Shown here: positions 56,013 through 64,000 of the stretch, piece after piece | Numbering within the stretch: the stretch's first letter is position 1 | Layout of the letters: each line of letters opens with the position of its first letter | DNA from: Candidatus Niyogibacteria bacterium CG10_big_fil_rev_8_21_14_0_10_46_36 | GTDB lineage: Bacteria > Patescibacteriota > Minisyncoccia > 1-14-0-10-42-19 | Reading direction: 5' to 3' | Assembly: GCA_002772995.1 (NCBI GenBank) | Contig: PFCO01000005.1 | Location: forward strand, 17,001 to 81,000 | DNA length: 64,000 bases | Program-made: the position numbers and the translations under genes | Notes under the pieces: generated by a model | What the model was told of the DNA's origin: nothing | The model's database searches: none | Seen by the model: only the letters and a program-made list of their open reading frames with translations

Positions 56013-56486
56013 TCAAATTGGCTTTATAACAACATACCGATATTCTCCTTCCCCCCTGCTTTCCGTTGCGATATCCGGATACTCCATAAGTGCCGTATGA
56101 ATAATACGCCTCTCAAAAGGAGACATGGGCTTCATCTCAAGCTCCTTTTTAAAATAGCGAACTCGTTGCGCAGACATCCGCGCAAGCTCATACAACTGGT
56201 CTGCTTTTTGTTTGTTATAGTCATTTACATCAACAACAAACTGCATCCGTTCTTTTTGTTCTTCCGGACTAAATCCAGTCTCTCTATCAACAATGCGGCG
56301 CATAACATGATTTATAGCACGCAGATGCGCTCCATTTTCCCCGATAAGAATAGCGGCATCAGAACTTTTTACATTAAATTTGAGCCCATCCAAATATTCC
56401 ACGGCATCCAAAGACGCCGTAACGCCCATCTTTTCGATAAGCGTATGTAATAAAAAAGAAATTTTTTCTTGTGCTTCTTTATCCAT
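56013..56486 (-). CDS. Jag/EloR (KhpB)-like KH-R3H RNA-binding protein
   Basis: LIGENG..L.A, VDVNDY, PMSPFERRIIH, TES.GEG..R.VVI; downstream of yidC. Confidence 0.88.
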   Translation of the reverse strand: MDKEAQEKISFLLHTLIEKMGVTASLDAVEYLDGLKFNVKSSDAAILIGENGAHLRAINHVMRRIVDRETGFSPEEQKERMQFVVDVNDYNKQKADQLYELARMSAQRVRYFKKELEMKPMSPFERRIIHTALMEYPDIATESRGEGEYRYVVIKPI

Positions 56487-56508
56487 TGTGCTCCGGTGCT
56501 GGAGAGGA

Positions 56509-57243
56509 TTATTGGTTCTCGGGAGCCAGAGCAAACGATTTTTTTCTCACAACACCTTCGTGTAGGATAGCAAAAACATTGGACGTTGTCCAATAGAGTG
56601 CGAGCGCTGCAGGAAAACGTAATGATATCAGAATAATAAATATAGGAAAGATATACTTCGCCTGGCTCATGAATCGCTTTGTCATGTCTTCAGGAGAGCT
56701 CGCCCCCGCTTTTTCTGTGTTGGGAGGGATGGCAAGCTTCATTTGTATAAACTGTGAAAGCCCCGCAAGGATAGCAACAATAAGGCTGGCCTCTGTAAGA
56801 TTTACGAGGGAAAGGAATTGAACATTTATCTTTTCGGGGAGAGCAATAAAAGAATATAGTAAATGTGCCGAATCAGAAATAGATTTAATGAATACCTGGT
56901 ACAGAGCAATGAGCACGGGGAACTGAATAATAAGCATGAGACATCCGGAAAACGGCGAAACACCATGCTGTTTGTATAATTCCATTGTTTTCTGAGCAAT
57001 CTCCTGTTGATTATTCTTATGTTTTTCTCGTATTTTTTTAATTTCTGGCTCAATCTCTCTTATTTTTATTTGGGTAACAATAGAACGATGAGTAAAAGGA
57101 AAAATAACAAACCGAACCAACACAGTAAGAACAATTACCGCAAGCCCCAGATCATGAAGAGGCATCAGGCCGGTAAGAAATACAAGCGCATTGAAGAGCG
57201 GCTGAAAAAAGAAATCGTTATAGATAGAAAGAAGAAATCCCAT
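56509..57243 (-). CDS. yidC: Membrane protein insertase YidC (short form)
   Basis: LTVLVRFVIFP, ELYKQHGVSPFSGCL..IIQFP, LALYW. Confidence 0.92.
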   Translation of the reverse strand: MGFLLSIYNDFFFQPLFNALVFLTGLMPLHDLGLAVIVLTVLVRFVIFPFTHRSIVTQIKIREIEPEIKKIREKHKNNQQEIAQKTMELYKQHGVSPFSGCLMLIIQFPVLIALYQVFIKSISDSAHLLYSFIALPEKINVQFLSLVNLTEASLIVAILAGLSQFIQMKLAIPPNTEKAGASSPEDMTKRFMSQAKYIFPIFIILISLRFPAALALYWTTSNVFAILHEGVVRKKSFALAPENQ

Positions 57244-57251
57244 GGTATGTA

Positions 57252-57479
57252 TTATGGAAGAGGGTCATGCCCTCCTTTTGAAAACGGATGGCAGCGAAAC
57301 ACTCTTCTTGTGGTATAAAAAAAAGCCTTAAAAAAACCGAAACGCTGAAACGCCTCAAGGCCATACTCAGAACAAGACGGAAAAAAGCGGCATGACGGCG
57401 TCCGCTTTATAAATATATTTTTGTCAGGAGAAAGGATTTTTTGATAGAGAGCAATGCTCTGCCGAACAACACTATTCAT
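57252..57479 (-). CDS. yidD: Membrane protein insertion efficiency factor
   Basis: CRFFPSCSEY...RCHPFSKGGHDP. Confidence 0.93.
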   Translation of the reverse strand: MNSVVRQSIALYQKILSPDKNIFIKRTPSCRFFPSCSEYGLEAFQRFGFFKAFFYTTRRVFRCHPFSKGGHDPLP

Positions 57480-57813
57480 ATAACAGGGATTGTTTTTTCA
57501 AAACATATAATACTGCGTCTTCTATATCCTGTCTTTTACGAAACTGCTTTTGAAAAACAATAATAATATCATACCCCTTTTTGATGGAAGAGACAAAACG
57601 AAACAGGATATCTTTTGTTTTTCTGCGCATGGTGTTGCGGGTAACGCTTTTTTTTGCAACCTTAGAAGATATCACCACAGCAAAGCGCGGGCGGGGTTTG
57701 TTATTCTTCTTATAATATAAAGTAATGCCACTTCCTTTTTCTCTTTTCCCGCGCACGAAAACAAGCTTCACCTCATACGAGGAAAGACGATATTCATGAG
57801 GGAGAGCGCTCAT
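57472..57813 (-). CDS. rnpA: Ribonuclease P protein component
   Basis: RFAVVISSKVAKKSVTRN.MRR; gene order. Confidence 0.88.
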   Translation of the reverse strand: MSALPHEYRLSSYEVKLVFVRGKREKGSGITLYYKKNNKPRPRFAVVISSKVAKKSVTRNTMRRKTKDILFRFVSSIKKGYDIIIVFQKQFRKRQDIEDAVLYVLKKQSLLYE

Positions 57814-57820
57814 ATGTCCT

Positions 57821-57958
57821 TTAGACAACTACTCTTTTCCGCCCTTTCTGCCTTCTTCTGCGAACAACATTCCTTCCTGCCGTCGTGCTTTTTCTCTTTA
57901 AAAATCCGTGAGACCTCTTTCTCTTCCTTTTTTTGGGTTGATAGGTTCGTTTTGGCAT
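57821..57958 (-). CDS. rpmH: 50S ribosomal protein L34
   Basis: Manual translation [45 protein letters not shown]. Confidence 0.93.
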   Translation of the reverse strand: MPKRTYQPKKRKRKRSHGFLKRKSTTAGRNVVRRRRQKGRKRVVV

Positions 57959-58120
57959 GTGTTTCTTACTTTACCACAGAATTTTATATTTACAATATTA
58001 ACAGCTCATCCACAGATTGTTAACATAAGTAGTAACCTTATCGGGGTTTCTTTATAAAAAACTGCGGGTGCTATAATACCATTATATCTATTCTTTTTTT
58101 TATTCTAAACAGACCTGCTT

Positions 58121-59485
58121 ATGTTTATGACAAACGAGGAGTTGTGGCAAAAGACGCTTGAGGAAATACGGTTCGAAGTTTCAACAGCTAATTTTATTAC
58201 CTGGTTTCAGCATACCATTATTACTGAACAAAAAGACCAAGCAATTACCGTCGGCGTGCCGAATGCTTTTGTAAAAGAATGGATAGAATCAAAATACCAA
58301 AAACCTATTCTTAAAATAATACGAAATTTTGTCCCCGATGTTCGGTCTGTGGAGTTTTCTATACTTCCAAAACTTTCTCAGAAACAACAACCGGCATCTT
58401 TGGTTAAAAAACAACAACCCCAGGAACAACAAGAAATATCCGAGCTCTCTATAGACAAAGAAACAAACCTCAACCCACGCTATTCTTTTGATAACTTTAT
58501 TGTGGGTTCTTTTAATGAGCTCGCATATGCTGCCTCTCAGGCTATTGTAAATAACCTCGGTGCGGTTTATAACCCGTTTTTCATCTACGGTGGTGTTGGG
58601 TTGGGAAAAACACACCTCTTACAAGCTGTAGGAAACGAAATACGCAGAAAAAACCCGCACACAAAGATAAAATACATATCATCGGAAAAGTTTACAAATG
58701 AATTTATAACAGCTGTTCAAAATAAAGAAACAAATTATTTCAAAGAACGGTATCGGATGATAGATTTGCTTATTATTGACGACATTCAATTTATATCAAA
58801 AAAAGTTCAGACCCAAGAAGAAATATTTCACACATTCAACACGCTATACGAGAACAATAAGCAGATTATTTTATCATCAGACAGACCCCCAAAACTAATA
58901 GAAAACCTTGAGGAACGCCTCCGGTCGCGCTTTGAGGGAGGTATGATAGCCGACATATCAGAGCCGGAGTACGAGGCCCGTCTCGCAATACTTCACACAA
59001 AAAGGAAGGAGAAAGACCTCACAATAGCGGATGATGTCTTGGAATATATAGCGGCATCTATAAAATCAAATATTCGCGAACTAGAAGGCGCTCTTAACCT
59101 TATCGCTGTCCGATTAAAACTCCAAAAAAGCCCTCTCTCTATAAACGAGGTGAAAGAAATACTCTCAAAACACATCCAACCAAGAAAGGTGGTTACCGCA
59201 AAACAAATAATCCGCGCTGTAAGTAAATTTTATAATACACAAGAAAAATTCCTTATAGAAAAAACAAGGAGGAAAGATATTGTAAAACCTCGCCAAATAG
59301 CAATGTACCTTCTTCGAGAAGATTTTAATGGATCATACCCCTACATCGGACAAAAACTTGGCGGAAGAGATCACACAACAGCGATACACTCATATGAAAA
59401 AATATCGCGCGATATCAAAAAAGACAAACAACTCCAGGAGGAAATAAAACAAATTCGACTAAATTTTTACTATAATCAAGAATAA
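58121..59485 (+). CDS. dnaA: Chromosomal replication initiator DnaA
   Basis: YNPFFIYGGVGLGKTHL, IDDIQF, RLRSRFEGG, NIRELEGAL, RDHTT. Confidence 0.98.
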   Translation: MFMTNEELWQKTLEEIRFEVSTANFITWFQHTIITEQKDQAITVGVPNAFVKEWIESKYQKPILKIIRNFVPDVRSVEFSILPKLSQKQQPASLVKKQQPQEQQEISELSIDKETNLNPRYSFDNFIVGSFNELAYAASQAIVNNLGAVYNPFFIYGGVGLGKTHLLQAVGNEIRRKNPHTKIKYISSEKFTNEFITAVQNKETNYFKERYRMIDLLIIDDIQFISKKVQTQEEIFHTFNTLYENNKQIILSSDRPPKLIENLEERLRSRFEGGMIADISEPEYEARLAILHTKRKEKDLTIADDVLEYIAASIKSNIRELEGALNLIAVRLKLQKSPLSINEVKEILSKHIQPRKVVTAKQIIRAVSKFYNTQEKFLIEKTRRKDIVKPRQIAMYLLREDFNGSYPYIGQKLGGRDHTTAIHSYEKISRDIKKDKQLQEEIKQIRLNFYYNQE

Positions 59486-59713
59486 CTCCGCCCTGAATAA
59501 AGATGTGTACTGTATGTGAATATAAAAAAGAATAAAAAAAATAAACCACAGCAAGAACACACAATACACACACCGCACACAAAAAACTACACACAATATT
59601 AACACCAAGAAGACAAAATAAACCTTACACAATAACAATCATTCACCTTATACACATTATTCACACCCCCTATTGTTACTACTAATTAAGTATAAAGAAT
59701 ATATAGTTATCAT
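59486..59713. other. Replication origin oriC (dnaA-dnaN intergenic)
   Basis: Tandem DnaA boxes TTATACACA (59648-59656) and TTATTCACA (59657-59665), CCCCC, trio-like TATTGTTACTACTA, AT-rich tract; plus strand switches from A/C-rich to G/T-rich here. Confidence 0.85.
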
Positions 59714-60811
59714 ATGAACACATCTTGTGTAAAAGAAGATCTGCAAAAAGCACTCACGGTAGCTGAGCGGCACACAAGCGCAGAGGAGAACCTTCCATTA
59801 CTGAAAGGCGTCCTTTTAGAAAGCAGTGAGAATAAGTTGTATGTGCGATCGACAAATCTTGATACCGGTATTGAGGTGTTTGTGCCCACGAAAACAAAAA
59901 GAAAAGGGTCTGTTGTTGTTCCTGCGAAGACATTCTCATCTTTTTTAACCACCTTACCTGATGAGCGGATAACGCTTGATGTGAAGAATGGAAATCTAGT
60001 TGTAACGACGCCGTCAACTTCAACAACCATTAAGGGGTATTCTGCTGATGACTTTCCTCCATTTCCTAAGTTAAAAAAAACAACATCTATACAGATTTCT
60101 AATGATGATTTATCTAGAGATTTATTAAGTGTTGTTATTGCTGCGTCGTCATCCGAAATAAAGCCAGAGATATCAAGTGTTCTTTTTAGTGTCCAAAAAA
60201 AAGGTATTAAATTTGTAGCAACAGATTCATTTCGGTTAGCAGAAAAGACGATACCTTTTTCTTCAGATCAATATTATTCTCTTCTTTTCCCGTTTCGTCA
60301 TGTGCTTGAGTTGATTAAGGTGGTGGAGATTTTTCCGTCTTCGCTTGAGATATTGTTTGATTCAAATCAAGCAATTCTGCGTGGTAATAATTTTTTATAT
60401 TTCGCTCGTTTGCGTGATGCGTCATTTCCTCAATATGAGCAGATCATACCAACTTCGTTTGCTACAGAGGTTACGCTTAAAAAATCAAACTTTCTAAAAG
60501 CGATACGTGGAGCAAGTATTTTTTCGGGGCGTCTTCGGGAGGTGTGTTTTAATGTGTATCCTGAGGATAATTTATTTGAGGTTGTTACAAAAAATAGTGA
60601 TATTGGGGAGTATGTGAGCCAAATACCCGCCAAGGTAACCGGAGAGCGCTTAAGTGTTAATTTTAATTATGGTTATATTATTGATGGCATTAATCAAATA
60701 TCCTCAGATGATATTATTCTCCGTTTTAATGGCGAGTCAAAGCCGGTATTAATACAGAATCCATATAATGCGAGTTATATTTATCTCGCTATGCCGATGA
60801 AGAATATATAA
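59714..60811 (+). CDS. dnaN: DNA polymerase III beta clamp
   Basis: LPLLKGVLL, STNLD, ATDSFRLA, FPQYEQIIP, YLAMPM. Confidence 0.93.
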   Translation: MNTSCVKEDLQKALTVAERHTSAEENLPLLKGVLLESSENKLYVRSTNLDTGIEVFVPTKTKRKGSVVVPAKTFSSFLTTLPDERITLDVKNGNLVVTTPSTSTTIKGYSADDFPPFPKLKKTTSIQISNDDLSRDLLSVVIAASSSEIKPEISSVLFSVQKKGIKFVATDSFRLAEKTIPFSSDQYYSLLFPFRHVLELIKVVEIFPSSLEILFDSNQAILRGNNFLYFARLRDASFPQYEQIIPTSFATEVTLKKSNFLKAIRGASIFSGRLREVCFNVYPEDNLFEVVTKNSDIGEYVSQIPAKVTGERLSVNFNYGYIIDGINQISSDDIILRFNGESKPVLIQNPYNASYIYLAMPMKNI

Positions 60812-60823
60812 AACTTTCATACA

Positions 60824-60861
60824 CAATAAAAAACACCCACAATTATGGGTGTTTTTTATTG
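60824..60861. terminator. Bidirectional terminator
   Basis: CAATAAAAAACACCCA-CAATTA-TGGGTGTTTTTTATTG. Confidence 0.75.
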
Positions 60862-63465
60862 TGTACACTCACCCGAAGGGTCTCCGGGGTTACATATAGT
60901 GATTGGTTTTTCTGTAAAGTTTGAGTTTCCTACGGAATCATATACACGCACCAGTAGGGTTGTTTTTCCATTTATATCTATAAATGGAATTTCTTTTGTT
61001 ATTGTGTGTGTATTTTTTTGTTGGTTTACTATGACGCTTCCTAAAAAGAAGTTCCCAATAAATACATCAATTTGTTTTATGGGAAAATTTCCATTTGCTT
61101 GTATTGAGAAAGATAGCGTTTCTCCAGGGTGTGTAGTGAGTGGTGTAGGTGATGTAAAAGAAACTGATGGTTTGTGTTCTGGTCTGTGTATAGTGTCGAA
61201 TTCCTTTGGGATGTCATTTGTTGTTTGTTCTTGGATGTGTTGCGATTCTGCCCACCTACGAACCGCATACTCCCATAAAGAAAATTGGGGGTCTTTTGAT
61301 GGGTTTTCAGGTATGTCTCCCTGTGGATTATTTTTATCAACCCAGTACAATATTGAGTGGATTTGTGTTAAGACTTTTTGTTGTTGGAGTTCTGTGGGGG
61401 TATATTCTGTAGCGAGTTTTCCTGATATAGAGTCTATAGTGTATGCGTATGATCCCCTCCACTCACCGCTTAATACCGGCTTTTGTGTTTTTTGGGGTGG
61501 TGGGGGTGTAAAGTTCTCAATGGGAAGCGTGTTAAGCGCTTCGGTGAAAAAAGAGTTCCATAGCGGTGCTGCGATAAAGCCTGCCACCTGTTTCTCCATA
61601 GGTGTGTTGTCGCTGTTCCCAAACCATACACCAAGTGTGAAGTTTGGTGTGTACCCCACAACCCATGCGTCTCGATAATCGTTTGTTGTTCCTGTTTTTG
61701 CTGCGACATCTCGTCCGGGGAAATAAAGATATGAACGCTCCCCAAATGCAGGTGTGCGTGCTGTATTATCGGAAAGCATACTATTTATTTGATGCGCTAT
61801 TTCAGGGTCAAGTACTTGTGTTTGTGGTGGTGTATATTCTTCAAGTGTTTTTCCTTCGTTTGTTTCCACTTTTAATATTGCTGTGGGGGTGTTTTTTGCG
61901 CCATTATTAGCAAACACTGAGTATGCGCCTGCCATCTCTAGTAATTTTACCTCCCCTCCTCCGAGAACGAGTGTGAGACCATATCGATTCGGATCGTTGA
62001 GGGTTGATATACCGAGCGTGCGCGCAGTCGATAAGGAGTTGGTAAGGCCTGCAAGATATAACACCTTTACCGCGGGAATGTTTACTGATTGAGCGAGCGC
62101 TTCCCGGAATGTCATTGGACCCCGGAAAATATTATCGTAATTACCTGGTGCGTAACAGACTGAACCCTCCCCGTATGTGTTTAGTTGGGTGTTTGCGTTA
62201 CAAGAAGGATTGAATTCCGTAGGAAGATCAAAAACGACCGTTTCTGGTGTATATCCTTCTTTGAGTGCTGTGGTGTATACAATAGGCTTAAAGGATGAGC
62301 CTGGCTGGCGCAGACTGATTGTGGTGTTTACCTGGGGATCAAATAAGCAATTTACTCCGGATGTGCATCCGTCAGGTTTCGGTTCTCCCCAAAAGTCCTT
62401 AGAGCCAACCATAACTTGTATACCCCCGGTCTTTGGGTCTATACCAATCATACCCGCATTAAACACGCCGAATTTTTCTTCCTCGTCTGTTACAAATTGA
62501 TTGGTGAGGTCCTCCGCTTTTTGTTGCAACTCCCAGTTTAATGACGTTGTAACCTTGAGACCTCCTGTGTCCACGGTATCTCTCCCGTATTTTTCTCCCA
62601 GCAGATCGAGCACATACATTACAAAATGGGGTGCTTTGAGGCTTTCATCGGCGCGCCCGATGAATTGAACGTCTTTCTGCATCGCCACCTCCGCTTCTTC
62701 TTTTGAAATAAAACCGAGCTCATTCATGCGAGACAATACAATGTTTTTTCGTTTCTCGAGCGCGTCTTTATGTAGGCCATACGGCGAATAATATGTCGGC
62801 GATTGCGGGAGGGATGCGAGATACGCCGATTCCGCGAGGGTGAGTTCTTTTGCGGGTTTCCCAAAGAATGTTTGGCTAGCAGCTTCTATTCCATATGTTT
62901 GTCCTCCATATGGTATTTCATTGAGATAGAGATTAAGGATTTCTTCCTTAGAAAGAATCTGTTCGATTTTTATTGCGAGAATTACTTCTTTTAATTTTCT
63001 TGTGTATTCCTTTTTGCTTGAAAAGAGAGCGTTTTTTATAAGTTGTTGGGTAATCGTGGAGCCTCCCTGCCCGGTGAGGTCTCCTGAGAGGATGTTGGTG
63101 AAAAATGCGCGCACGATACCCTCAATACTGATGCCGTGATGGTTGTAAAAATCAGAATCCTCGATTGCCACGGTTGCGTTTTTAACATTACGGGGAATGT
63201 CTTCAAAAGGAATAATCGTTCGTTTTACAGAGCCGTGCACATCATACAAGAGTACCGTGCCGGTGTTGTCGTATATCTTTGTTGATTGTTCTATTTTTCG
63301 GTCTGTGAATAGAGAAACATCGGGTATATCAAGAGTGATTACCCAAACAGAAAACCCCGCGATGCATAAAAACAACACACCAATACTTATGGACAGGAAT
63401 TGGTGCGAAAACAGCACCTTTTTTATCTTCCTGATAGTTCTCTTTTTTATTATTCTGGGAAGCAT
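60856..63465 (-). CDS. Class A penicillin-binding protein (PBP1A-like)
   Basis: EDSDFYNHHG, GGSTITQQ, RKLKE, RQPGSSFK, SVN, AKTGT. Confidence 0.93.
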   Translation of the reverse strand: MLPRIIKKRTIRKIKKVLFSHQFLSISIGVLFLCIAGFSVWVITLDIPDVSLFTDRKIEQSTKIYDNTGTVLLYDVHGSVKRTIIPFEDIPRNVKNATVAIEDSDFYNHHGISIEGIVRAFFTNILSGDLTGQGGSTITQQLIKNALFSSKKEYTRKLKEVILAIKIEQILSKEEILNLYLNEIPYGGQTYGIEAASQTFFGKPAKELTLAESAYLASLPQSPTYYSPYGLHKDALEKRKNIVLSRMNELGFISKEEAEVAMQKDVQFIGRADESLKAPHFVMYVLDLLGEKYGRDTVDTGGLKVTTSLNWELQQKAEDLTNQFVTDEEEKFGVFNAGMIGIDPKTGGIQVMVGSKDFWGEPKPDGCTSGVNCLFDPQVNTTISLRQPGSSFKPIVYTTALKEGYTPETVVFDLPTEFNPSCNANTQLNTYGEGSVCYAPGNYDNIFRGPMTFREALAQSVNIPAVKVLYLAGLTNSLSTARTLGISTLNDPNRYGLTLVLGGGEVKLLEMAGAYSVFANNGAKNTPTAILKVETNEGKTLEEYTPPQTQVLDPEIAHQINSMLSDNTARTPAFGERSYLYFPGRDVAAKTGTTNDYRDAWVVGYTPNFTLGVWFGNSDNTPMEKQVAGFIAAPLWNSFFTEALNTLPIENFTPPPPQKTQKPVLSGEWRGSYAYTIDSISGKLATEYTPTELQQQKVLTQIHSILYWVDKNNPQGDIPENPSKDPQFSLWEYAVRRWAESQHIQEQTTNDIPKEFDTIHRPEHKPSVSFTSPTPLTTHPGETLSFSIQANGNFPIKQIDVFIGNFFLGSVIVNQQKNTHTITKEIPFIDINGKTTLLVRVYDSVGNSNFTEKPITICNPGDPSGECTQ

Positions 63466-63507
63466 TTTTTTCTGCTATACTTTTAAGTATATATAACTCT
63501 ATAAGGA

Positions 63508-64000
63508 ATGAGTAGTATTATGAAAGAAAAAAAGAAAAAATCAAGAGACGCAATTATCCAGGAAATTATAGGGTCTGCGGTAGAGATAATTGATAGGAAA
63601 AGCTTTGTAAAGAAGATTGAAAGAAAAAAAACAAGGGTGAAGTTCGGTATTGACCCCACCGCACCTGATTTGCATCTCGGCCACATCATTCCGCTCCGCA
63701 TGCTCCGAAAATTCCAAGACATCGGATGTATCATTGTGTTAATTATAGGGGATTTCACGGGTATTATTGGAGATCCGTCTGATAGGAGTGCTGCCCGCCC
63801 CATGATTACAGAGAAAGACGTGCGCCGCAATATGAAAAAATACACTGATCAGGCGTCGCGAATACTTGATATAAAGAAATGCGAAATTCGTTATAATAGC
63901 GAATGGTTTTCTAAGAGGCGCTTTTCTTTTTTTGTGGATATGTTTTCCCGGTTTACCGTCCAGCGCGTATTAGAGCGGGATGATTTTCAAAAACGGATAC
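63508..64000 (+). CDS. tyrS: Tyrosine--tRNA ligase (partial, runs off window end)
   Basis: Manual translation VKFGIDPTAPDLHLGH...IGDFTGIIGDPSDRS..R. Confidence 0.92.
   Translation, partial: MSSIMKEKKKKSRDAIIQEIIGSAVEIIDRKSFVKKIERKKTRVKFGIDPTAPDLHLGHIIPLRMLRKFQDIGCIIVLIIGDFTGIIGDPSDRSAARPMITEKDVRRNMKKYTDQASRILDIKKCEIRYNSEWFSKRRFSFFVDMFSRFTVQRVLERDDFQKRI

Noticed and set aside
59520..59645. Tandem repeat or CRISPR array in the AC-rich tract
   Set aside because: No constant repeat-spacer period; better explained as origin sequence; no cas genes in the window
1..64000. Alternative genetic code 25 (TGA as Gly)
   Set aside because: Conserved genes are full-length under code 11, and several end in TGA at expected positions (e.g. 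8357, 35705, 56013)

Overview
Chromosomal window from a reduced-genome bacterium, most likely Patescibacteria/CPR (Parcubacteria-like). This assignment is inferred from shortened IF-2, Mfd and MutY, VirB2-type pilin arrays, a PrgI/VirB4/TrbL locus, mostly SD-less starts and genetic code 11. The window spans the replication origin (rpmH-rnpA-yidD-yidC / dnaA-oriC-dnaN, with a compositional switch at about 59.7 kb). It carries many housekeeping genes (ruvA, murD, infB, rbfA, holA, rpsT, pth, mfd, rpsA, gyrA, polA, tsaE, pnp, rpsO, uvrD/pcrA, rsmA, PBP1A, tyrS), five intact tRNAs and one interrupted tRNA, a pilin cluster and a T4SS-like operon with no relaxase in the window. Highlights: (1) a tRNA-Cys gene split inside its anticodon by a 162-bp insert that contains a second, complete tRNA-Cys; (2) two modular proteins built as Cys-repeat, VirB2-like pilin and putative peptidoglycan hydrolase, with different catalytic ends; (3) a family of small CCCG...CGGG palindromic elements between genes and in-frame inside mfd; (4) stand-alone gene cassettes with consensus promoter, SD and terminator in a largely leaderless background; (5) several long structured leaders. 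All calls come from reading the sequence and motifs by eye; no database search was run.
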